From the NCBI RefSeq assembly GCF_030028105.1, contig NC_092383.1, positions 87,749,921 through 87,813,920 of the forward strand: a stretch of DNA of 64,000 nt. The letters are read 5' to 3'. Position numbers and translations under genes: made by a program. The first letter of the stretch is position 1, and each line of letters opens with the position of its first letter. Of the stretch, positions 1 to 12,494 are shown one piece after another. This stretch comes from Mobula birostris (Eukaryota). The notes beneath the pieces are model-generated. The model did not search any database. It had not been told where the DNA came from and worked only from the letters and a program-made list of their open reading frames with translations.

Positions 1-226
1 AGGTGAAGTGTTTAAGTGGGAACTTCTTCAGTCAGAGGGTGGTGAAAGTGTGGAACAGCTTCCAGGACTCTATGACTCCAAGCTACCATTAGCATACACC
101 CAGGCTGTGTAGCAACTCACTGACCATAGACTGAGGCTCGTTGTTCAAAGAATCACAAGTGGCACGTTACATGGTAGCTGTGTGGGTCAATGAGATGTTA
201 AAAAGCCTGAGTACTACAGTGAAATA

Positions 227-745
227 CAGGTTCCCCCCGCCCCATTTACAAAAGTAGAGCATTCCTATGAAACCCTTCTTAAGCTGAAATGGCGTAAAGC
301 GATGAAGCAATTACCATTAATTTACATGGGAAAATTTTTTGAGCATTCCCAGACCCGAAAAATAACCTACCAAATCATACCAAATAACACATAAAACCTA
401 AGCTAACACTAACATACTGTATAGTAAAAGCAGGAATGACATGATAAATACACAGCCTATATAAAGTAGAAATAATGTATGTACAGTGTAGTTTCATTTG
501 TCAGAATTGGGAAAATTTAGCAAAAAAACGATTTGTAGAAAAAAAAAGGCATGTACACGCATGCGCATACACCTGACCGCGCAAGGCTTCACAGTCATGG
601 TAGTCTTTCTCTATAATGGCTCGCTGCAAAACAAACGCTGAACGCTATTTTATCCTCATTCAGTTAGTGAAAACAGGTACGAATATAGGTTTTTCATAAA
701 AGCAAAGTGATGTAAAGTGACCATTCGTAAAGCGGGAGACATCAG
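227..745. mobile_element. Non-autonomous Tc1/mariner (Tigger-like) DNA element
   Basis: Flanked by TA on both sides, with degenerate inverted ends (CAGG..CCCCCGC...TTTAC / GTAAAGCGGGAGAC). Confidence 0.5.
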
Positions 746-829
746 TAACCTTCAATTTCCTTTAATGAGCAGGGTTTTGAGACTGGGAAAATTCATTTAC
801 TATTTTCTTATTATTTTTTATTTATTGCA

Positions 830-1104
830 AGACAGTGCAGAACAGGCCCTTTTGGGCCAATGAACCACAGCACCCATCAACCCACTTATGTAACACGAGC
901 ATAATCACAGGACAATTCACAATGACCTATTAACCAGCATGTCTTTGGACTATGGGAGGAAACTGGAGCACCTGGAAGAAACCTACATAGTCACGAGGAG
1001 AGCGTACAAACTCCTTACAGAAGGTGCAGGTACTGAACTCCAAACTCTGGAATGTTCCAAGCTGTAACAGCATCGCGCTAAATGCTGTGTTACTGTAGCA
1101 CCTC
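830..1104 (-). mobile_element. tRNA-derived SINE
   Basis: Reverse complement of the SINE body seen at 1324, 8312, 14700, 48220 and 56740 (GGGTTTC..CC.GGTGCTCC.GTTTCCTCC). Confidence 0.7.
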
Positions 1105-1194
1105 AATTTAATCTTAATTTGAAAACATTCTTAGCTTAGATCTGGGTTTCACATCATGCATTTCTGTATTTCACATAAATGAATTTATCATGTT

Positions 1195-1772
1195 TGAGAA
1201 ATACTGGTATTGTCAAAACCTTGAATTGTAAAATAGTTTATATCAGCAAAACACATGATGCCAATAATTAAAACAGGTATTAAAATTTGGAAATATTGAA
1301 AATCTATCACACTACCAAAAAGTAGTGACACAGTAGAGCAGCATTTAGCACGCCAGTCAGGTTTTGATTCCTGCTGCTGTCTGCAAGGAGACTTTCTAAG
1401 GTTTGTTCGTTCACCTCATGTCCACATGGGTTTCTTCCAGGTGCTCCAGTTTCCTCCTACATTCCAGTGACAAACAGTTAGGTTTAGTAAGTTGTGGCTA
1501 TGCTATGTGGTGACAATTGTGAGATGCCTCCAGCACAATCCTAGCTGACTTGAGTTGTTGCAAGCCATGCATTTCACTGAATACCCTGATGTTTCAATGT
1601 CTGTGTGACAAATAAATCTTTTTTTTCTCTCCTTTGGTGCTTGGAGAAATATCGGTATTGTCAAGAATGATGATTGGCAAAACAGTTTATATCAGCACAA
1701 TCCCAATAAATAAAGCAAGTACTAAACTTTGGAAAAATGCTGAAAGTGTATCACACAACAAAAACATATTTT
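1195..1772 (+). repeat. Diverged ~125-bp direct repeat (1195-1320 and 1643-1772) flanking a SINE at 1324-1618
   Basis: GAGAAATA..GGTATTGTCAA...AGTTTATATCAGCA...CCAATAA...TTTGGAAA...TATCACAC occurs twice. Confidence 0.7.
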
Positions 1773-1865
1773 GATGTGTGTTGGATGTGGACAATGTGAA
1801 AACAGACAGGATGTGTAAATGATCCAACTATCTGCACCTTCCATAAAGTTAGTGGAATGATTCAT

Positions 1866-2297
1866 GTCAGAATCAGAATCAGGTTTAATATCACTGTCAT
1901 ATGTTGTGAAATGTGTTAGCTTAGTGGCAGCAGAACATTGCATAGATGATAATATAGTAAAGAAACTGAATTACAGTGAGTATATATGTATATTAAATAA
2001 ATTAAACAAGTAGTGCAAAAATAGAAATAAAAAAAGTAGTGAGGTAGTGTTCAAGGATTCAATGTCCATTCAGAAATCAGATGGCAGAGGGGAAGAAACT
2101 GTTCCTGAATCGCTGAGTGCGTGCCTTCAGGCTTCTGTACCTCTTCCCTGATGGTAACAATGAGAAGAGGGCATGTCCTGGGTGGTGGGGGTCCTTAACA
2201 ATGGATGCCACCTTTAAGATACCAGTCCTTGAGATGTCTTGGGCATTACTGAGGCTAGTACCCATGATGGAGCTGATTAAGTTTACAACTTTTGTTC
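1866..2297 (-). mobile_element. Rex1/Babar-type LINE 3' fragment
   Basis: ORF end SIVKDPHHPGHALFSLLPSGKRYRSLKARTQRFRNSFFPSAI and a (GATTCT)n tail. Related copies near 9035, 10305, 14075, 21690, 32050, 40960, 62080 and 62770. Confidence 0.75.
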
Positions 2298-2394
2298 ATC
2301 AAATGACAAGAAATATTCCCCTTCCACAACCTTCCTACATTCTTCAGAAAGGACAGATAAAACCTAAGTTACTGACAGCATCTTCATTAATTTA

Positions 2395-2510
2395 CTGCCT
2401 AAGTTCCACATTGAATTGTCAGGCAAGATCTTTGTGCTCAGATCCTCACAGTGGGATTCGAACCCACAATCTCTAGTTCGCAGTGTTACCGACGGAGCCC
2501 CAGCTGACAC
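2395..2510 (-). mobile_element. Old tRNA-derived SINE head (DeuSINE/SacSINE1-like)
   Basis: Minus strand GTGTCAGCTGGGGCTCCGTCGGTAACACT...GGGTTCGAATCCCAC...TGAGCACAAAGATCT, with A/B-box-like motifs. Confidence 0.5.
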
Positions 2511-3032
2511 CTGCAGGAAACTCGAGAGCAGCAGTACTCAGTCGAAACAATGAATAAGAATATGCACTGGCATTACAGATGTAAATCAAGCCATAGAAAG
2601 CAAACAATATACAATGCAGCACACACAAGATACAAGTATGCGAAAGGACAATGTAACATGACGTTCCAAGCGGATTAGAGTTGGAAGATTGGTTCTGTAT
2701 ATGAAATTCATCCAAGTCAATCCTTATGGTTCAATTATCCATTTACTAAATTATTAAATCAATACCAACAATTCAAATGCATTTGCAAGCCCCTGTTAAA
2801 TGGGTGTGGGATTCAATTGGATCATTGAACCACTTACACAATGGTGAATTAAAGTCACGCTGACACCTTAAAGCTATAGTCCTTTGTGTCATATTATTCT
2901 GTATGCTTATAGATGTTGCAAAGAGAAATCTTTTGATAATAAATTATTTAACTTGCCCAATTTGAAGTAAAGATGTTACGTTTTAGTAGATTTGTCTGCT
3001 GCAATACACTTAAGATAATTTTTCCTTAGAAT

Positions 3033-3574
3033 ACACACTTGGTGTTCATTTTATTACGTACAGGAGGTACAGTACCTAATAATCATTACCTTTTGTTGCT
3101 GTAGCCCAACCACTTTAACATTCAATGTGTTGTACATTCAGAGAAGCTCTTCTGTCCACCACAGTGGTAAAGCGTGGTTATTTGAGTAACTGTTACCTTC
3201 CTGTCAGCTTGAACCAGTCTGGCCGTTCTCCTCTGACCTCTCTCATTAACAAGGTGTTCTTGCCCACAGAACTGATGCTCACTGGATGCTTTTGTTTTCA
3301 CAACATGCTCTATAAACTTTTAAGACTGTTGTGCGTGAAAATCCCAGGAGATCAGCAGTTTCTGAGATACCCAAACCACCCTGTCTGGCGCCAACAATCA
3401 TTTCACAGTCAAAGTCACTCAAATCACATTTCTTCCCCATTCTGATGTTTAGTCTGTCCTTTTGACTATGTCTGCACGATTTTATGCATTAAGTTGCTGC
3501 CACATGATTGGCTAATTAAATATTTGCATTAACGAGGTATACAGGTTTAACTAACAAAGTGGCCACTGGGTGTA
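3033..3574. mobile_element. Non-autonomous Tc1/mariner element
   Basis: Right end AAAGTGGCCACTGGGTGTA; degenerate inverted left end TACACACTTGGTGTTCATTTTATTACGTACA; TA flanks. Confidence 0.7.
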
Positions 3575-3642
3575 TACTGCAAACGATTCAGTGTATTAAT
3601 TTGTAATCATAACTCTCTAATGTATTTCTACATCATGCTTAG

Positions 3643-3698
3643 GTGAGAAAGGATTCAGATACATTGGGGAAGAGACTAATTCAGTCACTACTTCTGGG
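3643..3698 (+). CDS. Candidate internal exon of an upstream gene
   Basis: TGCTTAG| ... GGG|GTAAGT (consensus donor), 56 nt, in non-repeat sequence. Product not recognised. Confidence 0.3.
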
Positions 3699-4153
3699 GT
3701 AAGTAATCCACATCTAATGTCTGATGATAAACATGTATCTGCTACAATCTCCCAATGATTATTTATCTGGTGTTAAAAATGGAATAAGCTAATTATTTAT
3801 TTTCTTACATTAAAATCTAAGTCCAACAAGAACCTACACCTGAATCCAATTAAACTTCTAATATTATAAAAATAGAATATGCTGGCAACACCTTTGACTG
3901 AGTCAATCATACTATTGTAAACAATCTTCTTGTTAAAGTGTGACTGTGCCCAATGCCCAGTGACTCCATTTACAGTTCAATTTACCTTATGAACCCATTC
4001 ATAGTTGAATGATCAATAAAATGATAAGCTCATCTAGCCAAATACTGGTTGAAGAGTCTTCAAGAGTATTATAGCTGCTCTTTAATGACTCAGTATGGGC
4101 TTGTTGACTGCAAGTCCAAGAGTTGGTTAGAAAAGTGTCTTCTATTTCTTCAG

Positions 4154-4354
4154 GATAAGAAGGAGGAAGGACTATGTACATTTCTAGGTCCCCAAGAAGC
4201 CCAGCAACTCATGGAAGAAGCTGTGGTGGTGATGAAAAATTCAGCGAGTGAGTTGGCCATCAGACCTATAGTTCCTCACCCTAATCCAGTCCAGGCTGTT
4301 CCTCAGTGCTGCATGGAAATACAAAAGCCCAGTTTCTTGCAGATGTCCCTCTAG
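4154..4354 (+). CDS. Candidate terminal exon of an upstream gene (DKKEEGLCTFLGPQ...KPSFLQMSL*)
   Basis: Acceptor TCTATTTCTTCAG|, 66 open codons in phase 0, compatible with 3643-3698 read phase 1 to 0. No homolog recognised. Confidence 0.3.
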   Translation, partial: DKKEEGLCTFLGPQEAQQLMEEAVVVMKNSASELAIRPIVPHPNPVQAVPQCCMEIQKPSFLQMSL

Positions 4355-4654
4355 CCTTCCATGAACCATCCTTTGACTTTCGTTTTTGAAGAAATGACTA
4401 CATTTCCACATTTCCTTATCCCACAGAAGTAGGCCATTTCACTTCATTTACATATTTATTGAGATACAGTGTGGAATAGGCCCTTTTGACCCTTCAAGCC
4501 ATGCCGCCCAGCAATCCCCCAATTTAGGCAGTGCCGGGAAGTGAACCCAGATCTCAGGAACTGGAATACATTGTGCTAACCATTATGCTACTGTGCCACA
4601 TAGTGGCTAGCACAATGAATCTTAACAAATCTGTTTAAATTTTAACAATTCCTC

Positions 4655-4765
4655 CCCTTCTGTCCAGTCCTGATGAAAGGTCTCAGCTTGAAATGCCAAC
4701 TGTTTATTCCTTGCCATAGATACTGCCTGACCTGCTGAGTTCCTCCAGCAATTTGTGTATGTTAA
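4655..4765 (+). mobile_element. Penelope-like terminal repeat fragment with degenerate hammerhead
   Basis: CAGTCCTGATGAAAGGTCTCAGCTTGAAATG...ATAGATACTGCCTGACCTGCTGAGTTCCTCCAGC. Confidence 0.7.
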
Positions 4766-5059
4766 TGAATCTGTGCTGGCTCACACAACAGTCCCGATTC
4801 CTCACTAATTTTACCTGGAATTTATTCTCCCATGTTCCAAATTCCACCACCCACTCACACTAGAGGTAACTTACTGCAGACAATTAACCTATCAGCCAGC
4901 ACTTGTTTGAGGTATGGAAGGATACCCACAAAATGCTATGAAGAATATGCAGAATCTGCAGATGCTCTGGAGATTAGGATTGAACTTGGGTCACTGAAGC
5001 AATGAGAAAATGGCTCTTCTAGTTCCATCAACGTACCATCTTTTGTGTAAAGTGCCGCC

Positions 5060-5475
5060 AACAACCTTGTCGTTGGGTTTAGAGGCTTGCATGCCTCAGT
5101 GACCCAGAGAGCTATGTTGGCAGGAGTCAGGGCTTTATGCTTTGGCTCTTGGTAGGGTCACCCATGCCAAACAGGTTAAAGGGTAGAGGTCAAACTAAGA
5201 GTGGCCCACCGGTCCTCCAGGTTCAGGGGTTCAGCCCACGGCCAACAACCCTGACTGGTGAAACAAAACTGTTACGGAAAAAGCAATGAAGAATCCTTCT
5301 ATTTATGAATGCAATGGTATTCCTGAGTCTCCACTTGAGACTTGTATGACTAACAGTAGTGAAAACCAAGAGGAAGCTACTGGTATAATGGAGGAAGCCC
5401 TGAACCCGCCAGAGATAGAGGACCTTCACTGCTGTCCTCAACATTAGTAATCTAACAGGCAGTAAGTAAAGTAAT
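5060..5475 (+). mobile_element. RTE-related non-autonomous retroelement
   Basis: GGTAGGGTCACCCATG motif shared with the minus-strand copy at 34925-35325; AGTAAGTAAAGTAA tail. Confidence 0.55.
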
Positions 5476-6384
5476 GTAAAATGAATTGTACAGCTAGCCT
5501 CCTCATCCAAGTTATTTTGCTGTTGCTATTAAATTCTGATAAGAATTAAAACAGTGAAAAATATATCATGTAAGGGTGGGATCCATCACTAACACCAAAG
5601 TTTAAGTTTTCTTCATGTGGAGACCAACTGATGTAGTATCATGTAACATTGTCAACATGCTTCTGCAAGTCCTCTAGGGATGAAGGAGGAAGTACCACGA
5701 GTGGCACGACAACCAAATCCAGCACTGAGACACAAGAGGGCCTTTGCTATATTCATGAGACGTCTGTCCACGAAAAGGAGGAGAACTTCTAGTCACAGCA
5801 CTGCTCAATATTCAGGATTGATCCATTCTCAACAAGTGGACTGCAATCATAATGCTTCTGTAATTGATACTTTAAACCTTCACGTTATATTTATCAGATC
5901 ACATGTTAATGTGCTTCTTCATCTCAGCTGGCACTTCCTCAGCCGGGTATTGAACTATAAGCGCAGATATCTTGTCAGTGTTGTTAAGAGACAAATCTTC
6001 CTCATTTGTGTACTGCAACCTGTTGAGCACTTTTTCAGCAGTAGGAGTAAACGCTCTACACTAAAACAATTGAGGAGGCTCAGTGAAGAGCAATTTGTGG
6101 ATTCACCCTCTAACAGAGCCATCAACCATTTTTAGTTTTATAGAGGAAATGCCGTCAAAAGCCTCAATGGAGCTTCTTTTTAAAACAATTGCAACACCAG
6201 ATGTTTGTGAAAGCCCCATTGGGCTATTATGCAATTCATCAAATAATTACTGTTTCACAAGTAATGATGAGGAAATAAAGTGTAAAAAACATTAAATGTG
6301 TTTGTTAATAAACTGCCTTTAAAACAACATGTTCTGATATTTGACTACGTGCTTTCCGTAATCATGAGGAAAATGAGTGGGGGG

Positions 6385-6935
6385 GGGAATTCTCTTTGAA
6401 ACCTATTGAATATTGAAAAACCTAGATAAAGTGGATGTGGAGAGGATGGTTCCTATAGAACTGTGAACAGTTTTGAGCCCTTATCTAAGAAAAGGTGTGC
6501 TAGCATTAGAAAGAGCCCAGAGGAGATTCACAAGAATAATCCTGGGAATGAAAGGGTTAACATACGAGGACCATTTGATGGCTCTGGGCCTGTACCTGTT
6601 GGAGTTCAGAAGAATGAGGAGGGATCTCCTTGAAACCTGTTGAATATTGAAAGCCTTAGACAGAGTGGATCTGGGGTGGATGTTTCTCATAGTGGGAGAG
6701 TCAAGGGCCAGGGGGAACAGCCTCAGAAGAGAGGGACGCCCCTTTACAGCAGAGATGAGGAGGAATTTCTTTTGGCAGAGGGTAGTGAATCTGTGGAATT
6801 CTTTGCAACAGGCATCTGTGGAGGTCAGGTTACTGGGTTTATTTAAAGCAGAGGGAAGTTAAATCAGCCATGATTGAATGACATAGCAGCCTCAATGGGC
6901 CAAATGGCCTAATTCTGCTCCTGTATCTTATTTGA
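6385..6935 (+). mobile_element. CR1 3' fragments
   Basis: Degenerate RT C-terminus (DRVD..F..VGESR.RG; EMRRNFF.QRVVNLWNSL) and the CR1 3' UTR hairpin GGGCCAAATGGCCT. Confidence 0.85.
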
Positions 6936-7183
6936 TTATACAAAGCTGATACAATATTTGGGATGGTAGGTAAGGTAACAATGTGGCTATATGAGAGCTG
7001 CAGATGCTGAAGTCTGCAGCAATATTGTTTGCTGAAGGAACTTATTGGATCGAGCGGCATCTGTGGGAAAGGAGAAGAAAATGTCAACATTGTAGGTTGA
7101 AACTGCAGATCAGGACTTCACAAGTGCACCTAATTTAGCTGCTAACAGCAGACCAGTACTGGTCTTGATGTAGGCACAGGCGT

Positions 7184-7239
7184 GGATAATTTAGGATGAG
7201 AAGGGATATAAGGATAATTTAGGATGAGAAGGGATATAA
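7184..7239. repeat. Perfect 28-bp tandem duplication
   Basis: GGATAATTTAGGATGAGAAGGGATATAA x2. Confidence 0.95.
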
Positions 7240-7252
7240 GAGAACTTCTCAG

Positions 7253-7530
7253 TGGGATGGGAGGGGGTGAGTTTTGATGGGACGAGGTTCTGAAGCAGTG
7301 GAATGAAGGTGTGTCAGGCATTGGGATGGGAGGGTATGTGTTTCAATGGAACAAGGTCCTGGAGCAAGGGAATGGAGATGTGTGGGGCAGTGGGATGGGA
7401 GGGTATGTGTGTCAATGGGGCGAGGTTCTGGAGCAGTGCAATGGAGGTGTGCGGGGCAATGAGATGGTGCGTGTGTGTGTTTCAGTTTGATAAGTGGCGT
7501 GGGACAGCGGGATGGAGGTTCATGTTTCAG
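7253..7530. repeat. 69-bp-period G-rich minisatellite (about 3-4 copies)
   Basis: TGGGATGG starts at 7253, 7322 and 7391 (period 69), then degenerates. Confidence 0.85.
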
Positions 7531-8311
7531 TGCGGAGGGTGGTGGGGACAGTGAGACAGAAGTGTGGGGCAGAGGGCCAGGGGGTGGATGGTGCGGTGAA
7601 CCTCTCACAGAGACAATCTCTCTGTCTGAATGACACATTCCTGCCTGTGCCCATGATCTTTATATTACCCATCTCTTGGAACCCAGATCTCCATGCCAGA
7701 CACCCAAACATACATCCTTTCCATAACTCTAAGGATTCTTCTTATCAATGTACCCAACACTGTTTTGCTTCATTTGGCTGAAATGTGGTTCAGATATTCC
7801 AGACAGATTTGCTGGGAAGCAGCAAAACAACGATACCGATGTGCACCTTCAAGGTTTTTTTAAAATCGAAATAGAAACACAAAATGTGTTATTCTTATCA
7901 TTCTTGGCTATTTAAAGCAGTATCTATCATTCAGTTATCCCACTCAAACCTCTATAGCTGATTCCACCATTTCTGATCTTAACCCAAGAGCTCTGTTCCA
8001 TACACTTGCCCCCTTTGTGTCCATGTCAAGTACGGACGACTGTTTTTAACAGCAGCTACTTTCTCCGGGTACTTGTAATCCTACAATTTCAACTGCCCTT
8101 TAACAGTTGAAACACAGAGTCATAGATATTCCCTCAGTCCTGTAACATTCATGGCAAGTCCTCCTACCTTTTGTATGATCGACTGATTTCCTGTGAACCC
8201 AAGTGTAGTGACAGGGGTTGACATTGAAGAAGGAAAGCAGACCACCATTACCATTATTGGTAGGAGAGAGTTGGATCAGTCATCAGTAGGGATCACAATG
8301 CTGTCATGGTA

Positions 8312-8580
8312 TGGGGTGGCATGGTAGCGTAGTGGTTAGCACAGTGCTTTACAATACCAGTGATCCGGTTTCAATTCCTGTCGCTGTCTGTAAGGAGTTT
8401 GCACTGCATGGGTTTCCTCCAGCCCAATGACAGTAAAAGTCAGTAAGTTAATTGATCATTGTAAATTGTCCCGTGATTAGGCTAGGATTAAATCAGGGGA
8501 TTGCTTAGTGGAGAGGTTTGAAGGTCTGGAAGGGCCTATTCCACACTGTATCTCAGTAAATAAACAAGTATATATATATC
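8312..8580 (+). mobile_element. tRNA-derived SINE
   Basis: GGGGTGGCATGGTAGCGTAGTGGTTAGC head, B-box-like GGTTTCAATTCC, ends AATAAA. Confidence 0.75.
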
Positions 8581-9034
8581 TCAATGATGCCATGGCAACC
8601 CATGAGAAACTGGGGGAGCCGAGACAAGTAAATACATACGTTCTGAGGAGTCTGCAGTCACTTCGCAGGAACGGGATGATTGTGGTGGTGGGTGGGATCA
8701 AAGTCAAGCAGACAATGTTCCACCAAGCTATGTTAAAAATTTGGAGCATTCCTGCAACTACACCAATCCAGGCAAGACAAAAGTGGACCAGCATGACTGG
8801 CCGATGGTAAAATGGCTAGAAGAGCCACGGATTGTTCCCACACCACGCCACAGTTAACTGATGCTTTACGCTGAAAGAGGAAGGTTTATTTGCACGCAAG
8901 TACAATGTGTGGCCCTGAGTGATTCCGCAGAAATGGAAGGGTAGAGGAGGTGTAAGTCGAGAACAAGGGGAACGATCATTCTGCTGGTTCACATCAGATA
9001 TATTAATATATTTTGATAAACATTGCTACATCAA

Positions 9035-9375
9035 ATGTTAACATCTTCAAGGAGCGGTACTTCAAAAAGGTGGCATCCATCATTAATGACCCACCAAACG
9101 CAGGACATGCCCTCTTCTCATCATTACCATCAGGGAGGAGGTACAGGAGCCTGAAAGCACACACTCAATGATTCAGGAACAGCTTCTTCCCCTCTGCCAT
9201 AAGATTTCCGAATGGATATTGAACATCTTTTTTTGTCTCTTTTTGCACTACTTATCTAATTTAACTTTAAAACATATACTTCTTACTATAATTCACGGTC
9301 TTTATTATTATGAATTGCCTCATAACAACAAGTTTCACGACATACGCCAGTGATATCAAGCCCGATTCTGATACT
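9035..9375 (+). mobile_element. Rex1-type LINE 3' fragment
   Basis: Same 3' region as 1866-2297, in the + orientation. Confidence 0.75.
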
Positions 9376-10304
9376 AACCTTATTAGCAAGTAGCCTGGAT
9401 GACGTGAGCTGACAGAGGAGTCCTCCAGGGGTAATTGCAAGCTGTTGTTGCTGTGATTGTTATGAGCACATGCAGTTGTGGCAAAACCAGAAACCAACTA
9501 GTATACAGCAACCTCCCACAAATGCCAATGTGGTCATTTGCGCGAAAGTCAGCTTTGGTGATGACAGCGGTAGCATACTTCTTGTCTAGGAAAGCAAATC
9601 AGTCACATATTTTTGTACAAAACAACACCAGTCATAGCCACTCTACAACTTGGTTTTGTTTTGTTTTATTTATTTATTCATTTGTTTAAGTATTCATCCA
9701 TTTACCTGTTTGTTTATTTATTTACTTGCTTATTTGTTTAGTAATTCACTTTTTATTGTATTTGCACAAGTTGTCTTCTTTTGCACATTGGTTGTTTGTC
9801 AGCCTCTGCTTTGGGGTGATTTTTATCAATTCTATTGTACTTGTTTGTTCTGTTGTGAAAGCCTACAAGATAATGATCTCAAGATAGTATATGGTGACAT
9901 ATATGTACTTTGACAATAAATTTACTTTGATAAAGTCGGAGATTACTACAGCAAAGAAACAGTCCATCCAGCCTATCTAGTCCATGTCAATCTGTTCTAT
10001 CTGCCTAGTCTCATCTACCTGCACCCAGACGTTCGTCCTCCACACCCTCTCATCCATGCACTTATCCAAACCTTCCCCAATGTTACAATTGAACCTCATC
10101 CACTACTTCTGCTAGCACACTTTTACCACCCTCAGATGAAGCAAGTCGCCTTCAGTTACCCCTTAGATATTTCACCTTTCACTTTCAACCTATGACCTCT
10201 CTTTCTAGTCTCACTCAGCCTCAGGAGAAAAAGCCTGCTTGTATTTACCCTCATTCTGCAGTTACTTGAAAGATCAGAGAGTGGCTCAGCTAAAAGTTTC
10301 ATCA

Positions 10305-11130
10305 ATCAGAATCAGAACCAAAATCAGGTTTAACATCACCAGCATATGTTGGTGATTTGTTATCTTTGTTTTAACAGATCAATGCGATACATAGTAAAAG
10401 AAAAAAACTGTATTGCAGTAGATATATATACTGACTTACCTCCTTGACTTAGCTAGCCACGATCCTACTACTAGATCTAGTCTAGTAGTATACCGATGGA
10501 ACATCACCTTCACGGCTAGGTTAGACCTGCCAGAGAACGAATCTCCGCCGTGCTTCGCTGATGTTCGGCCAGTGTCACTCCTACGCCACGGTGAGGCGCC
10601 AAGGTAGGATTTGTAGGAAATATATATATTAGTAGTTAAATTAAATAAGTAGTGCAAAAATAAGAATTTTTAAAAAGTAGTGAGGTAGTCTTCATGAGTT
10701 CAATGTCCATTCAGAAATTGGATGGGAGAGAGGAAGAAGCTGTTCCTGAATTATTAATTGGGTGCCTTCAGGCTCCTGTACATCGTCCCTGATGTTAGCA
10801 ATGAGAAGAGAGCATTCCCTGGGTGATGGGGGTCCTTAATGATGGATGCCACCTCTTTGAAGCACCAGTCTTTAAAGAGGTCGTGTTTGCTGTGGCTAGC
10901 GCCCATGATGGAGCTGACTAAGTTTACAACTCTGTGGCTTATTTTGATCCTGTGCAGTAGCACCTCTCCCCACATCAGACAGTGATGCAGTCAGTTAGAA
11001 TGCTATCCACTGTACATGTATTGAAATTTCTGAGTGATTTTGGCAACACACCAAATTACCTCCAACTCCTAATGAAATATAGCTGCTATCATGCCTTCTT
11101 TGTAGCTGCATTGATATGTTGGGCCCAGGA
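10305..11130 (-). mobile_element. Rex1-type LINE 3' fragment interrupted by a 190-bp insert
   Basis: EVASIIKDPHHPGNALFSLLTSG motif; its (TA)n tract is split at 10430/10621. Confidence 0.75.
10431..10620. other. Unclassified 190-bp CpG-rich insertion in a (TA)n tract
   Basis: Absent from the homologous copy at ~1975. 11 CpGs; hairpin TACTACTAG-7nt-CTAGTAGTA at 10466-10490; no terminal inverted repeats. Confidence 0.6.
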
Positions 11131-12494
11131 CAGCCGTGGCAGTCAGTACCTCCAACAGTGCTGAGCTCCCTCAGTACAGCATCCCCTCAGTTCCCAGGTT
11201 TCTGGAGTTAGCGCTGACTTGATGACCAGATCATCACTCACTGAGCTTTTACTGGAACAGAACGCTAGCTCTCGGTGGGGTGGTTAGTATATGAAAGCCG
11301 CCTAGTACTTCCTCAACATACTGCAGAGGAAAATTTCAAACTAAAACCACAGGTCACTAATAAAAAAACGTGAAACACAGTTGTCAGAAACATCAGAAAT
11401 GGGGAAGTGCTTGTTTTTCATTTGAAGAATTTGTTGCAATGTCTCATTGAGTGACAGAGCCATCAAGTTGTCCAGTATAGAAGGAGATTTTTTAGCCCAC
11501 TGCCTACCATCATGCCTATTTAAACTAACCCCACTTGCTGGCATTACTTCCATGTCCTGCTGTGTCTGCTCATTCAGGTATGTTTCCAGCTGCCTCTTAA
11601 TCCTTGTCACTGTTTCTCCTTCACACCTTCTCTGCTAGTTCATTCGAGATACCAACTGCTTTTTGTGTGAAAAGTTTAGCACCTGGATCCCCTTTGAACC
11701 ACCTGTTTCTCGACTTAAACATTTACCCCTCTAAGTATAGACACCCCTATCATGGCCTTCATTGGATCCTACTACTTTTGAGATCCAGTGGTTCAAGAAT
11801 GAAGCATGAAACTTGCTACTCACAGCCATCTGATTAAATGTTACCAGAGCAAAGAAGAACAAAACAAAGAAATGCTGAAAAGACAAAGCAGAAAACAATC
11901 TAAAATTAGTCGTGGTTGTCTCATACTAGACTACAGATAACTGCAAATTCCGGTGATGTCAAAAAACCTGTAAAATAGTGTTGTGACATGAACAAAGCCA
12001 CCAGAAAGACACTGAATCCAGTGGAGATAGAAGTTTTTTTACTCAACAAATGAGCAGCAGGCATCATATTGAAACACTCTCATAAGAAGAGGTCTCCCAA
12101 CCCAATATTACATGACATTTTTATAGGCTAAAGATCAAAGGTAACAGTGGAACAACTCTATAGTTACAATGTATCTACAATGCTTCCTTTGAATTACATA
12201 TATTTGTCACACACCTCCTTCCTTGCACCCACACTCCGGACACTCAAAATGAATGTTAATATCCACTGGCTCGAGGCAGCATTCATGCACATTCAGGCAT
12301 CTGAGGTTTAATTTTTCTGAGCTGCTTTTTAAATCCAATCTGCCATATACCCTAACTCCAGAATAGCGACATTCAGGTGACGTGACACCTGCTTCTACAA
12401 ACAAAGAAGTTTCTAGAAAAATACAGAAGCAACTGCACCTTAATTACAGGAAAATTCACAGAACAATTGTGTGCAGTTTAAATAGTTTTGGCAT

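Noticed and set aside
5630-6340. 151-aa and 70-aa ORFs in non-obvious sequence
   Set aside because: No recognisable motif or splice pattern in any frame I tried; possibly old transposon debris; left unannotated.
7249-7638. Repetitive Pro/His/Cys-rich ORFs
   Set aside because: Artefact of a 69-bp (multiple of 3) minisatellite; no splice or homology support.
12207-12404. Cys-rich minus-strand ORF (CPECGC)
   Set aside because: Short, no convincing splice sites, and no recognisable domain spacing.
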